Shown here piece by piece: positions 25,818 through 38,547 of a stretch of DNA of 64,000 nt. The position numbers were made by a program, and so were the translations under genes. Source of the DNA: Pristiophorus japonicus (taxonomy: Eukaryota). The notes beneath the pieces are model-generated. The model was not told where the DNA came from. It did not search any database and was given only the letters and a program-made list of their open reading frames with translations. The stretch is from contig NC_091999.1 in assembly GCF_044704955.1 (NCBI RefSeq), positions 21,700,001-21,764,000 on the forward strand, in the 5' to 3' direction. Numbering within the stretch: position 1 is the stretch's first letter; each line of letters starts with the position of its first letter.

Positions 25818-26017
25818 AGCTGGAAATGCATCGTCACAGTCACACCGGGGAGAGGCCGTTCAGCTGCTCTGAGTGTGGGAATGGATTCACTCAGTCATCC
25901 CACCTGCTGACACACCAGCGAATTCACACCGGGGAAAGGCCGTTCTCCTGTTCTGAGTGTGGGAAGGGATTCATTCAGTCATCCCACCTGCTGAGATACC
26001 AGCGAGTTCACAAATGA
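25818..26017 (+). pseudogene. 3' fragment of a C2H2 ZNF gene (two intact fingers plus stop), followed by the conserved 3' UTR to ~26240
   Basis: [58 protein letters not shown]; the 5' part is replaced by satellite. Confidence 0.85.
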
Positions 26018-26679
26018 CTGCAGGGGTTGGATTCTATTGTTTCTGCTGCTGGTAATCGCATCCTGATTGAAACATGTTTGTTGTATCAGTTGGGGTTTGT
26101 TTCTGTTGATGTGATAAACCTATAACTGGGCTAGAGTTTAATATTTTCATGTTTCAAATAACACAGTGTGTCGATGTTTGATATCTCCAAGATAAGAGGG
26201 GATTAATTGATGTCCTTTTACTGACTGCACCATTTTGGGCCTTTTCTCCTTTCTAACTCTGGATTATTACAGTTCTCATACCATCGGTTACTCTCCGGGA
26301 CAAGTTACCAGTCTATTAATCACTTTCAGATACTGGACTTAGCGTGTGCCCCGCAGCATCTCTCTAACCTTCGATGTGTGAATGGAACACCCCGCCTGCA
26401 AACTTGGTTTCAATTTAAATTTGAATCCACTCAGCAAATGTATTTTTAAAAAATATGTACATGTAAACTGATCACATGAAATAATTGGCAAAGGTTTAGA
26501 GTCACCAAGATGAATAAGTAAACACATCACGGCCCAATAACCCAGCTCTATATTCACAGGAGAAAGTCTGTTATCTATCTCCTCGAATGGCAGTGGGTGA
26601 GATGAGCGATCGAATCACTATCCACGCTCAACAGCATACATTCCCACTGTCCCCACATTGAGAGTTGAGTCAGGTGGGC

Positions 26680-26990
26680 GCACGAGTCTCACAGGCTGAA
26701 CGATTAGTTGTAGGAGCATCCACACACAGAACACGTGTCCTGTTTCTTCCCGCTGTGATTGGTGTTTTTACAAAGGCTAATGATAAGATGATCCTGATCA
26801 ATCCGGCGAATCTGTCAAATCTTAACGCGATGTCTGGATTGCGTTTCCCAGTTGCAGATCCTCCCCTTCTAATACCCTGCAAATAAATGGTGGTTACAAA
26901 CGTTGTTACTTTAAGTACAGGATATAAATTCAGAACAGACAATTCTAGAATCTATAGATCTTTCTGTCCCCTCCTGTCCCTCCTAAACTG
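26680..26990 (-). pseudogene. Degenerate ZNF cassette remnant (intron end, acceptor, one decayed finger)
   Basis: Reverse complement reads cag|ggtattagaagggg..., homologous to 21700-21860; HSGKKQDTCSVCG finger relic. Confidence 0.65.
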
Positions 26991-27059
26991 TAAATTCCTT
27001 ATTCTAGACATTTACTGTCTAAAATCAACTTTCATTTCATCGCCTGAGCTTTATTATCT

Positions 27060-27325
27060 CCAGAAAGTGCTGAATCTGGCTCAGTGCAATGCCACAGAGA
27101 TTAGTTAACCTCTAGTGCCTCACGGTCAGTCGATTCAGTGAGTGCCAGCAGGATTTCCACTGTGTTAGGCATCACAGCCTCAACTCCTGTCGTCAAATGA
27201 CATCCACACACTTCCCAGTTGTACTGAGGATAATTATAACCTGTGAACTGCTGCCTTGGCTGAGCTCAACTAACAGCCCAGATCAAGGATCGAACTTGGG
27301 AAATTCCCATTCAGTACTGCAGTAT
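27060..27325 (-). mobile_element. Possible old tRNA-derived SINE
   Basis: B-box-like GTTCGATCC on the minus strand near 27285-27297; the rest is unassigned. Confidence 0.3.
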
Positions 27326-27660
27326 TTTAAAATTTGCGGGGGGGCGCGGGGGGGGGGGAGTTGGAGAAGGGTGGGAACAGAATATTTTGAAACAAATTTG
27401 ACTCTACCTGTAAATGAAACCTTCATCACAATGCACAATTCTGAACTCTTTCCAAAGTCGACAAGCAAGTGAAATGGATCATCAAAAACAGTGAGACATT
27501 TTTGAATGGCTCAAGTCACTGATATAGCTTTACAATCATTGCACAGTACAGAAGGGAGCGACAGGTAATGGTAGCTCGGTTCGTAAAGTCCTCCGACACA
27601 ATATAAACTGGACTGTCCCTTTAACTATAAAGAGGTAGAGAAACGGGAGTCCCTGTCCCT

Positions 27661-27730
27661 TTATGTATATATATATATATATGTATATGTGAATGTATAT
27701 ATGCATGTATGTATATATGTGTGTGTGTCT
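27661..27730. repeat. (TA/TG)n microsatellite
   Basis: Directly visible. Confidence 0.9.
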
Positions 27731-27785
27731 ACAAAGCACATCATTCTTAATATTTGCTAATCAATTGCACAGAGATAAATTATTA

Positions 27786-27930
27786 CACGCACAGGCATCT
27801 TCCACCCTTCAACATGTAGTTCAGGATCCGGAATATTAGGACCTTCATTGAAACACCTGTGAACTCATCCCTTTTCGGGGTGGAAGCAAGTCATCCTCGT
27901 TTCGAGGGACCGCCTATGAAGACGATGATA
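27786..27930 (+). mobile_element. 5'-truncated copy of the RTE-tailed non-autonomous element
   Basis: Matches 38412-38547; ends gtggaagcaagtcatcctcg...gcctatga(..gat)n. Confidence 0.8.
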
Positions 27931-28489
27931 ATGGTGCAAGATTACCAAGAGGCTTGTTTAAAATGGAAATAACTTCAAGGTGTTACCGACCTTGAACTTT
28001 GCTGGAACAAAAGAGAAGAACTCCAGTAATGTCCAGCTTCTTATATGCAGCAATGAATCTTGAATGCCACAGCATGGTAACAAAATTGAACTTAAGACTT
28101 TAAAAACAAATGCTTGGAATGAATGATTTGGAGTCATGTGTTATCTTCTACGACAGACTGCTCGAGGGGGAAGATAACAGACTTGCTGTAAACGCATTGC
28201 AGATAGCTTTTGTATTGTTAAATCACAAAGGCTGGACACAGGTTTTTGTGAAAATAAAATTGATGAGCTAAATAGATAGGAGCTCCTGCTCAAGCATTCG
28301 GGACAGGAAATCTAATTCAGATAAGCTAAGTTTGACCTATGGAGGGAAGACCTCTCACAGAGCGGTGATGTTTTTCCTTTGTTTCTTTTTCTTGCAGAAG
28401 CAAGTGGAAGCGAGGGCGCAGGATGCAATATCGCAACCAGCAAGGGCCAGGTGAACGAGGGAAGGTGTGTGTGCCTAGAATGCTGGGGA

Positions 28490-28915
28490 AGCATCGCTGA
28501 CCTACATAATTCCCGGTTAAGCAATGCCTCGATTTCAAAATGTTCATGCTTGTTATCAGATCCCTGCAAGGCCTCGCTCCTCCCTATCTCTGTAATCTCC
28601 TCCACAGCCCCACAACCCCTGAGATATCTGCTCTCCTCTAATGCTGCCTTCTTGAGCAGCCCTGATGATCATCGCCCAACCTTCTGTTGCCTTGGCCCCA
28701 AGCTCTAAAACTCGTTCCCTAAACCTCTCTGCCTCTCATTCTTCCTTTAAGATGCTCCTTAAAACCCATATCTTTGACCAAGCTTTTGATCACCTGTCCT
28801 AATATCTGCTTATGTGGCTTGTGTCAAGTTTTTTGTCTTATAATACTCTGTAAAATTCCTTGGGACGTTTTACACATTAAAGGCATTATATAAATACAAG
28901 TTTTGTTTTTGTTGT
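28490..28915 (+). mobile_element. L2-clade LINE 3' end
   Basis: Homologous to 6600-6820; ends ctttgaccaagcttt...aaaggcattatataaatacaag(ttg)n. Confidence 0.7.
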
Positions 28916-29549
28916 TGCTGATACCCTTGATTTGACCTTTCACGGTATTTTATAGAACGTGCAGCTCAGAAACAAGCCATTTGGCCGAACTGGTCCACGT
29001 CGGGGTTTAAATGCCACACGACCCTCCTCTCAAACTATCAACATACCCTCCTACTCCCCTACATTGAGCAGTTCCACATTCACTGGTTGCCTTCCAGTGC
29101 CTATCCAAAGGGCCAATGTGTGAGGGTATGCAGTGATTGTTGGCAGCCTATTCAACCTTTGGGGCATCATAGTCCCTTTGCAGACTTGGCCTTTGCTGCT
29201 GTGGTGAGTGTACAGTGACCAGTGGAAGGAGCCCAGGGCGGTGAGGTTAACTGCAGTCTGCCCACCAGCAGCCCATCCTGGGTCAGCTGACAACCCCCAC
29301 AGTGAGCAGCTGGAATGTGCAACCTCTCCTGGTCTGCACTGGGGAGCAAGGGAGGTCAAGGGTCAGCACAGAATTTCATCAACGTTGACCTCCAGCCTCT
29401 CTACCTCAGGAGAATCAAGTTGCAACAACGTCATGTTGTCATCACTTTCCAGCGCGCGTCACACTCGGCCCCCACTGTTCCGGCGATCTCAGTCCCCATT
29501 GGGTGGAAGCTCCTGTCAATCAGGTCGTGGGTTCTGGTCACATGCCCAA

Positions 29550-29975
29550 AGGCTGGAGGCGGAGAGAAGATTCCGGAACGGGGAAGCGTCGGGCAGCTCA
29601 GGGGAGCCCTGGACCTGGCCGGGGGTGGGTCTTTCTAAACACCCGAGTTAGGCCTCAGGCCCCAAGCAGGAACATGCAGCTCCGGCGTTTGCCCAGAGCT
29701 CGAGTGTGTCAGATGCTTCACGGAGGCGGTCGGAGATTGTAGGGGCGGGGAAGGATGTGTATCCGCGTGTGGGCCGGGGAGCCTCACACACATCCGTTGT
29801 TGGCCTCAGGCCCCAATCACAGCCCACAGGCCCCGGGTATGCGCGGCTGTGACAGGCCCGGCTCAGCGGGGTCACTGGCCGCCGTCTTGCACAGGGCGGG
29901 GTCACAGTGCATGCGCGACCACCTTGCCCAGGAACAATAAGTTGGCGGGGCTTCAAGGTCCCAGTGCCCGCGAGA
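29550..29975. promoter_or_regulatory. CpG-island-like promoter candidate
   Basis: GC boxes GGGGCGGGG (~29742) and GGGCGGGG (~29894), YY1-like GCCGCCGTCTTG (~29878), NRF1-like TGCATGCGC (~29908). Confidence 0.5.
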
Positions 29976-29979
29976 TGGA

Positions 29980-30422
29980 GCAACCTGGGCATCAGGCTCT
30001 TCATCACCTCGCAACAATAACCAAGGCAACAGGCTCTTCATCCCCTCACAACAATAACCTAGGCAACAGGCTCTTCACCCCTCACAACAATAACCTAGGC
30101 AACAGGCTCTTCATCCCCTCACAACAGTAACCTAGGCAACAGGCTCTTCATCTCCTCACAACAATAACCTAGTCAACAGGCTCTTCATCCCCTCACAACA
30201 GTAACCTAGGCAACAGGCTCTTCATCCCCTCACAACAATGATCTAGGCAACAGGCTCTTCATCCGGTCACAACAATAACCTAGGCAACAGGCTCTTCATC
30301 CCCTCACCACAATGACCTAGGCAACAGGCTCTTCATCCCCGCACAACAGTAACCTGGGCAAGAGGCTCTTCATCACCTCACAACAGTAACCTGGGCAACA
30401 AGCGAGTCATAACCTCACAACA
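29980..30422 (+). repeat. 37-bp minisatellite, about 12 units, each containing an RFX X-box-like motif
   Basis: Unit ACAACA(A/G)TAACCTAGGCAACAGGCTCTTCATCCCCTC. Confidence 0.95.
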
Positions 30423-31513
30423 CCATCCTGTTCAACAGTTACAACATTAGCCTCTAATTATATAGTGCCTTCTACGTAGAAAATCGTCCAAGGGCACTTC
30501 ATAGGGACGTTATTGGAGAATAATTTGATACCGAAGCGTAGAAATATAGAAAGTAGGTGCGGGAGTAGGCCATTCGCCTCTTTGAGCCTGCAGCTCCATT
30601 CAATATGATCATGGCTGATCATGCAACTTCAGTACCCCATTCCTGCATTCTCTCCATATTTCTTGATCCCTTTAGCCATAAGGACCACATCTAACTCCAT
30701 TTTCAATATGTCCAACGAATCGGATTCAAAACTTTCTGTGGGAGACAATTCCACACGTTCACAACTCTCTGGGTGAAAAAGGTTCTTCTCATCTCAGAGG
30801 AACAAAAGAACATAAGAATTAGGAATAGGAGTAGGCCATCTAGCCCCTCGAGCCTGCTCCGCCATTCAACAAGATCATGGCTGATCTGGCCGTGGACTCA
30901 GCTCCACTTACCCGCTCGCTCCCAGTAACCCTTAATTCCCTTATTGGTTAAAGATCTATCTATCTGTGATTTGAATACATTCAATGAGCTAGCCTCAACT
31001 GCTTCCTTGGGCAGAGAACTCCACAGATTCACAATACTCTGGGAGAAGAAATTCCCTCTCAACTCAGTTTTAAATTGTCTCCCCCGTATTTTGATGCTGT
31101 GCCCCTAGTTCTAGTCTCCCCGAACAGTGGAAACAACCTCTCTGCCTCTATCTTGTCTATCCCTTTCATTGTCTTTAATGTTTCTATAAGATCACACCTC
31201 ATCCTTCGGAACTGCAACGAGTACAGACCCAGTCTACTCAATCTATAATCATAGGGTAACCCCCTCATCTCCGGAATCAGCCGAGTGAATCGTCTCTTTA
31301 CCCCCTCCAAAGGTAGTATATCCTTCCTTAAGTAAGGTGACCAAAACTGCTCGCAGTACTCCAGGTGAAGCCTCACCAATACCCTACACAGTGTGAGCAG
31401 GACCTCCCTGCTTTTGTACTTCATCCCTCTCGCAATGAAGGCCAACATTACATTCGCCTTCCTGATTACCTGCAGCACCTGCAAACTAACATTTTTTGGG
31501 GATTCATGCACAA

Positions 31514-34500
31514 TGAGAGGGAGGGGTGTTCAACAAAAGACTCCGCTCCCTCTCCCACAATAGGTTAAGGTAGAGGTTGCACTATGCTTTTGCCATGAAG
31601 ATACCCATAGCCAAACTCAACATCAACGGCAGCAGAGAGGCACGCCATAGATTTGACAATTTTTCGTTCCTGCGGGAGGGGAAATATGCGGTGTGCTTCC
31701 TGCAAGAAACCCACACCGTTCCGGGAGACGAAGCCATGTGGCTCCTGGAATGGCAAGGAGAGGTCCGCATGAGCCACCTCACCGCCATTTCTAGTGGGGT
31801 GGCCATCTTGCTGGGCCCGCATTTTCAGCCGGAGATCTTGGAGGTCGAGGAGCCCGTGCCAGGCCGCTTGCTGCACGTAACGGTTCGCCTGGGGGACGTG
31901 CCGCTCCATCTCGTGAGCATGTACGCCCCTCAGCCCGGCCCGCAGCAAACGCGCTTCTTTGAAGAGGTGTCCGCTCTTCTTGGCTCCGTCGACGTCGGCG
32001 ACTGCATTGTCCTCGGGCGGGATTTTAACTGCACCCTCGAGGCGAGGGACCGCTCCGGTGCCCCGCAGTGCATGACGGCGATGGAGAAGTTGAGGGACCT
32101 GGTCGGGTCCTTCGATTGGTGGACGTCTGACGAAATCTCCACCCAGACTCCAGCGCCTTTACTTGGGTGAGGCCTGGAGTAGGATGGTCCAGAGTCGACC
32201 GCCTTTACGTGTCTTGGGCGTACGTTTCCTGCATCCCGGCGGCCTCCATGCGGCCGGTGCCGTGTTCGGACCACCACCTGGTGTGGGCGGAGCTCGCTTC
32301 GCTCCGCGCGAGGACGGGGTCTGCGTACTGGCACTTTAACAACCGGCTGCTGGAGGACGTGCGGTTCCAGGACTCGTTCCGTCGATTCTGGTCCGACTGG
32401 AGAAAGAAGCAGGGGGGCTTCCCCTCCTTGAGGCGATGGTGGGACGTGGGCAAGGCTCACGTCCGCGTCTTCTGTCAGGATACGCGAGGGGGTCGACCAA
32501 GAGGCGGGCGGCCAGGGTCGGGCGCCTAGAAAAAGAGGTGCTCGACCTGGAATCCCGTCTCGGTCAAGTCGTCCAGGACCCGGCCCTGCGGACGGTGTAC
32601 GAAGTGAAGAAGGCCGCGCTGAAGGACCTGCAGCTCGTCGGGTCCCGAGGCGCGTTCGTGAGATCGCGGATCCGGTTCCTGCGGGATCTGGACCGCGGCT
32701 CCCCCTTCTTCTACTCGCTGGAAAAAAGGCAGAGTGTCCGTAAGCAGCTCTTGACGCTGCTGGCCGACGACGGCTCTCTCATCTCGGATCCGGAGGGCGT
32801 CAACAACAGGGCCCGTGAATATTACGGGGCTCTGTTCTCTCCGGATCCGTCCAGCGAGGAAGTGCGTAGAGTTTTGTGGGAGGACCTGCCGAAGGTCAGC
32901 CCGGAGGGCGCCGAAAATCTGGAAGCTCCGCTAAACCTGGCGGAGCTGACCGACGCCCTCGACCGGCTCACGAGGGGAAAATCCCCGGGGCTGGACGGGC
33001 TGACCGTGGAGTTCCACAGGGCGTTCTGGGACGTCCTGGGGAGCGACTACGCGCGGGTCCTGGGGGAAAGTCTGGCGACCGGGGAGATGCCCCTCTCTTG
33101 GCGCAGGGCAGTCATCGTCCTGCTGCCTAAGAAGGGCGATCTCCGCCTCCTTAAGAACTGGCGCCCGGTCTCCCTCCTCAGCACGGACTACAAAATCTTC
33201 GCCAGGGCGATGTCTGCTCGCCTTGGTGCCGTGCTGGACCACATGATCCACCCCGACCAGTCCTACACGGTCCCGGGCCAGACAATCCACGATAACATCC
33301 ATCTGGTCCGAGACCTCATCCATTGTTCCCAGGAGGCTGGTCTGTCGGTCGCCTTCCCATCACTCGACCAAGAGAAGGCGTTCGACAGGGTGGATCACGA
33401 CTATCTGCTCGGAACGCTGCGCGCTTTCGGGTTCGGGACGCATTTTGTACACCGCCGCGGAGTGTCTGATTAAGGTTAACGGGTCCTTGACGGCGCCCCT
33501 TCGCTTTAGGAGAGGGGTGCGCCAGGGATGCCCCATGTCCGGCCAGTTATACGCCGTTTGCGTGGAGACTTTCCTGCGCCTCTTGTGGACGAGGTTGACG
33601 GGACTGGCTCTGCAAGGGCCGGGTGTGGAGGTCGTCCTCTCGGCTTACGCCGATGACGAGCTCCTCGCGGTAGAGGATCCTGCTGACCAGCGGAGGATGC
33701 GTGAGTGCCAGGAGATTTACTCGGCCCCGTCCTCCGCCAGGATCAACTGGGGGAAATGTTCCGGACTCCTGGTGGGTCAGTGGCGGGTGGACCCCCTGCC
33801 GGAGGAGCTCAGGCCTTCTGCCTGGAGCACGACCCATCTCCTCTATCTGGGAGTCTACCTTAGCCCCGACGAGGGAGCCTGGCCGGCGAACTGGCAGGAG
33901 CTGGAGGCCAAGGTCGCCGCTCGCCTAGGGCGCTGGACAGGACTGCTCCGAGTGCTGTCCTACAGGGGTCGAGCGCTAGTCATAAACCAGCTGGTGGCCG
34001 CAATGTTGTGGTACCGGCTGGTCACTTTGACCCATCCCCCTGCGTTTGTCGCCAAGATACAGAAGAAGCTGGTGGACTTCTTCTGGAACAACAGGGAGCA
34101 CTGGGTCTCTGCCGCGGTCTTGAGTCTCCCGCTTGAGGAGGGCGGTCAGTCGTTGGTGTGCGTCAGCGCCCAGCTCGCGACTTTCCGTCTTCAGACCCTG
34201 CAGAGATACCTTTACATCGAGCTCCCTCCTAGGTGGTGTGCTCTGGCGACGTATTTCTTCCGCCAGCAGCGCGACCTCAATTATGACACGCAGCTCCTGT
34301 TTGTGAACTTGGGGGGTGTCAGGACGGCCCTCCGGGAGCTGCCTGTCTTTTACAAGGAACTCATCAGGGTCTGGAACAAAGTCTCCACCAAGCGCAGCTC
34401 TCCGCCGGCTGCAGTGGCGGCCGTCCTGCAGGAGCCGCTGCTCGGGAATCCGTACCTCCACGACCGAGGTTTTATGTGGCGGTCGGAAGAGAGGGCTGTG

Positions 34501-35716
34501 GCTGGTGAGGTGACCAGGGTCAGGGACCTGCTCGATGGAGGAGGAGCGGGCTGGATGGCGCCAGACACGCTGGCGCGGCGCCTAAATTCTGCCAACGTCC
34601 GCCACGCGGCCGATGCCATCGAGTCGCTAAAAACAGCTCTGGGCCCTGACTCCGTTAGGTGCATCGAGGAGGCTCAAGCACGTGGGGAGATCCCGTCCGA
34701 ACTGACCCCCGTCTGGACGGAATTCCTCATTGGCGCCAAACCCCGGAACCTCCCTCGGGGGCCGGCGCCTCACAACTTGAGCCAACTCGAGGAAATCCCC
34801 TCCGTGCCTTTCAGTTCCGCGCGGAGGGGTTTCCTGTACGGGATGCTCCTGCACACTCTCAACTTTGCCATCCTCGCCTGCCGTCCGGACACGCCATGGC
34901 ATACCATCCTGCCGTCCGGAGGAGGCGGGGGTCCCCGATGGAGGGCACTCTACGCAGGGGTCCTCCCACTATTCAACGGGGAGTTGGCCTGGAGGGTGGT
35001 GCACGGAGCAGTGCACAGCAATAAATTTTTAAGCCAGTTCACGGACTCCCAGGCCGCCTGCAATTTCTGCGGTCTGGAGGAGTCCGTGTTCCATGTTTTT
35101 ATTGAATGCACGAGGTTGCAGCCCCTGTTCCATTATTTGAAGGGGCTGCTCCTGAAATTCTGGCTGCACTTCAGTCCCACTCTCCTGATCTTTCGGCACC
35201 CTGTGCGGAGGGGAGCGGGTAGGTCTGAAGGCCTCCTCTTAGGACTGCTCCTGGGCGCGGCCAAGGGTGCCATCAGCCGGTCCAGGCAGCGGGCGGTCGA
35301 GGGGGTCGTTCAACCTGACTGCCTGCCTCTCTTCCGCTCTTACATCCGGTCCAGGGTGTCCTTGGAGATGGAGCACGCGGTGTCCAACGGTACGCTCGCA
35401 GCCTTCCGTGAGAGTTGGGCACAGGAGGGACTGGAGTGCATCATCAAGCCCGGCAACCAAATTTTAATTTGATTTTACGTTTTAAAGTTTAATTTGATTT
35501 AATTGCCGGTGCTTTTAGTGTCCCCCTTCCCTTTTATAGGGGGCACTGGGGAAAAATTGTGATTTTAGTGCCAAAAAAAAAACCAAAAGAAGAAAAACAC
35601 AGAAAGAAAAAAAAAAAGGAGAAAAAAAAAAGGGCCTTGTAAATGTCTGGTGTGTCACCCAGGTCGGGTGGCACGGTTTAATGTTTTTTGTTTTGCAGAT
35701 AAGCTCCAAAAAGAGT
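31514..35716 (+). mobile_element. Tx1-clade retrotransposon, 5'-truncated at the end of ORF1, with 11-bp TSD
   Basis: TTCATGCACAA at 31503-31513 and 35717-35727; close homolog of 7944-12100. Confidence 0.95.
31595..35472 (+). pseudogene. Tx1 ORF2 (APE-RT), three frameshifts
   Basis: ORFs of 197, 120, 345 and 675 aa; CFLQETH, DQEKAFDRV, GVRQGCP, YADD, CNFCG...C. Confidence 0.93.
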
Positions 35717-37967
35717 TTCATGCACAAGGACCCACAGGTCCCTCTGCACCGCAGCATGTTGTAATTTCTCCCCATTCAAATAATATTCCCTTTTACTGTT
35801 TTTTTTTCCAAGGTGGATTACTTCACATTTTCCAGCTTACCCATTATCCTTAGACTGTGCCCCCTGCTTCTGGACTTCCCCAACATCGGGAACATTCTTC
35901 CTAAATCTAACCTGTCCAGTCCAGTCAGATTTTTATATGTTTCTATGAGATCCCCTCTCATTCTTCTAAATTTCAGTGAGTATAAGCCGAGCCGATCCAG
36001 TCTTTCCTCTTATGTCAGTCCTGCCATCCCGGGAATCAGTCTGGTGGACCTTTTCTGCACTCCGTCAATAGCAAAAACGTTTTTCCTCAGATTAGGAGAC
36101 CAACACTGCACACAATAGTCAAGATATGGTCTCACCAAGTCCCTGTACAACTGCAGTAAGACCCCACTGCTCCAATATTCAAATCCCCTCGCTATGAAGG
36201 CCAGCATACCATTTGCTTTCTTTACTGCCTGCTGTACCTGCATGCCTACCTTCAATGACGGATGAACAATGACACCCAGGTCTTTTTACACCTACCCTTT
36301 TACTGATCTGTCACCATTCAGATAATAATCTGCCTTCCTGTTTTTGCTACCAAAGTGGATAGCCTTAAATGTATCCCCATTATACTTCATCTGACATGCA
36401 TTTGCCCATTCACCGAACCTGCCCCAGTCCCCTGCAGCCTCATAGCTTCCTCCTCGCAGCTCGCACTGCCACCCAGCTTAGTGTCATCTGCAAACTTGGA
36501 GATATTACATTCAATTCCTTCGTCTAAATCATTAATGTATATTGTAAATAGCTGGGGTACCATCACTGAACCCTGTGACACCCCACTAGTCACTGCTTAC
36601 AATTTTAAAAATGACTCGTTTATTCCCACTCTTTGCTTCCTGTCTGCCAACCAGTTCTCTTTCCACGTCAATGCATTACCCCCAATACCATATGCCTTAA
36701 TTTTGGACACTAATCTCTTGTGTGTGACTTTGTCAAAAGCCTCTTGAAAGTCCAAATACATTACATCCACTGGTTCTCCCTTGTCCACTCTGCGAGTTAC
36801 ATCTTCAAAAAACTCTAGAAGATTTGTCAAGCATGATTTCCCTTTCATAAATCCATGCTGACTTGGATTCATCCTGTCACTGCTTTCCAAATGCGCTGCT
36901 ATTACATCTTTAATAATTGATTCCAGCATTGTCCCCACCAACGATGTCAGGCTAACCGATCTATAATTCCCTGTTTTCTCGCTCCTTCCTTTTTTAAAAA
37001 ATGAGGTTACATTAGCTACCCTCCAATCCATAGGAACTGAACCAGAGTCAATGGAATATCGGAAAATGACCACCAATACATCAACATTTTCTAGGGCCAC
37101 TTCCTTAAGTACTCTGGGATGCAGATTATCAGGCCATGTGGATTTGTCGGCCTTCAGTCCCTTCAATTTCCCTAACACCATTTCCTGACTATTAAGGATT
37201 TCCCTCAGTTCCCCCTTCTCGCTAGACCCTCGGTTCCCTAGTATTTTCGTGAGGTTTTTCGTGTCTTCCTTTGTACAGACAAAACCAAAGTATGTGTTCA
37301 GTTCGTCTGCCATTTCCTTTTTCCACATTATGAAATCACTTGATTCTGTCTTCACTAATCTTTTTCTCTTCACTAATCTACAGAAGCTTTTACAGTCAGT
37401 TTTTATGTTCTCTGCAAGCTTACTCTCATACTCTATTTCACCCCTCCTAATTAAACCCTTGGTCCTCCTCTGCTGAATTCTAAATTTCTCCCAGTCATCA
37501 GGTTTGCTGTTTTTTCTGGCCAATTTAGATGCATCTTCCTTGGATTTAACCCTATCCTTAATGTCCCTTGCTAGCCACGGTAGAGCCACCTTCGCTGTTT
37601 TATTTTTACTCCAGACAGGGATGTACAATTGTTTAAGTTCATCTATGTGATATTTAAATGTCTGCCATTGCCTATCCACCGTCAACCCTTTAAGTATAAT
37701 TTTCCAGTCTATCCCAGCAAGTTCACGTCTCATACCGTCGAAGTTTCCTTTCATTAAGTTCAGGATCCTAGCCTCTGAATTAACTGTGTCACTCTCCATC
37801 TTAATAAAGATTTCTACCATATTATGGTCACTCTTCCCCAAGGGGCCCGTCACGACCAGATTGCTAATTAATCCTCTCTCGCTACACATCACCCAGTCTA
37901 GGATGGCCTGCTCTCCAGTGGGTTCCTCGACATGTTGGTCTAGAAAACCATCCCTTATACACTCCAG

Positions 37968-38547
37968 AGGATTTACTGTGATTGAAAGGCTGCATTCGAG
38001 GGAGCAGGGTGCGGCGGCGCGGTCCCGGCCTGCAAGACCATCAGCAGGCCGGGGCCATCAGATGTAACTGCGTGCGGCAGTGGCATACCACTGCAGGAGG
38101 TCGACGGCTGTGAAGCCAGGTCGCTCATTGCAGTATGAGCAGGCACAGCACGAGGGGCCTAGGAGCTGCAAGAGATTGTAGAGGGAAGTGACCCGGGCCC
38201 AGGGAAGGCGTGAGTCTGGGGCCCAGAAGAGGCGAGTGCCCAGAGGCAGCATGGACCTGCCCACACTGCTATATGCGTGTATGCTAGGTCCGTGCAGCAG
38301 AGCTGTTCTCCAGTCGTCTGAGGGAATCATTGCCATTGGACCAAGACCTAGCTGTAACAAGCCTGTGTGGTGGCTGGTGTGCAACGGCCATTACACGTTA
38401 AAAATATCCAACCACAGGCATCGTACACCCTCCAAAGTGTAGTTCGTGATCTGGAATATTAGGTCCTTCATTGAAACACCTGTGAACTCAGCCCTTTTTG
38501 GCGCAGAAACAAGTCATCCTCGCTTCGAGGGACTGCCTATGGTGATG
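37968..38547 (+). mobile_element. Non-autonomous RTE-tailed retroelement (SINE-like) with 11-bp TSD
   Basis: TSD ATACACTCCAG at 37957-37967 and 38548-38558; tail caagtcatcctcg shared with the RTE fragment at 61830. Confidence 0.85.

Larger units (their letters stand above)
30798..35835 (-). mobile_element. 5'-truncated CR1 nested in the outer CR1 and itself split by Tx1 (arms 30798-31513 and 35717-35835)
   Basis: The joined arms reconstruct the uninterrupted sequence seen at 52540-53330. Confidence 0.88.

Noticed and set aside
25826-26017. Intact 63-aa ZNF gene
   Set aside because: It starts mid-finger with no promoter or upstream exon, and the last finger has H>Y, so it is treated as a fragment.
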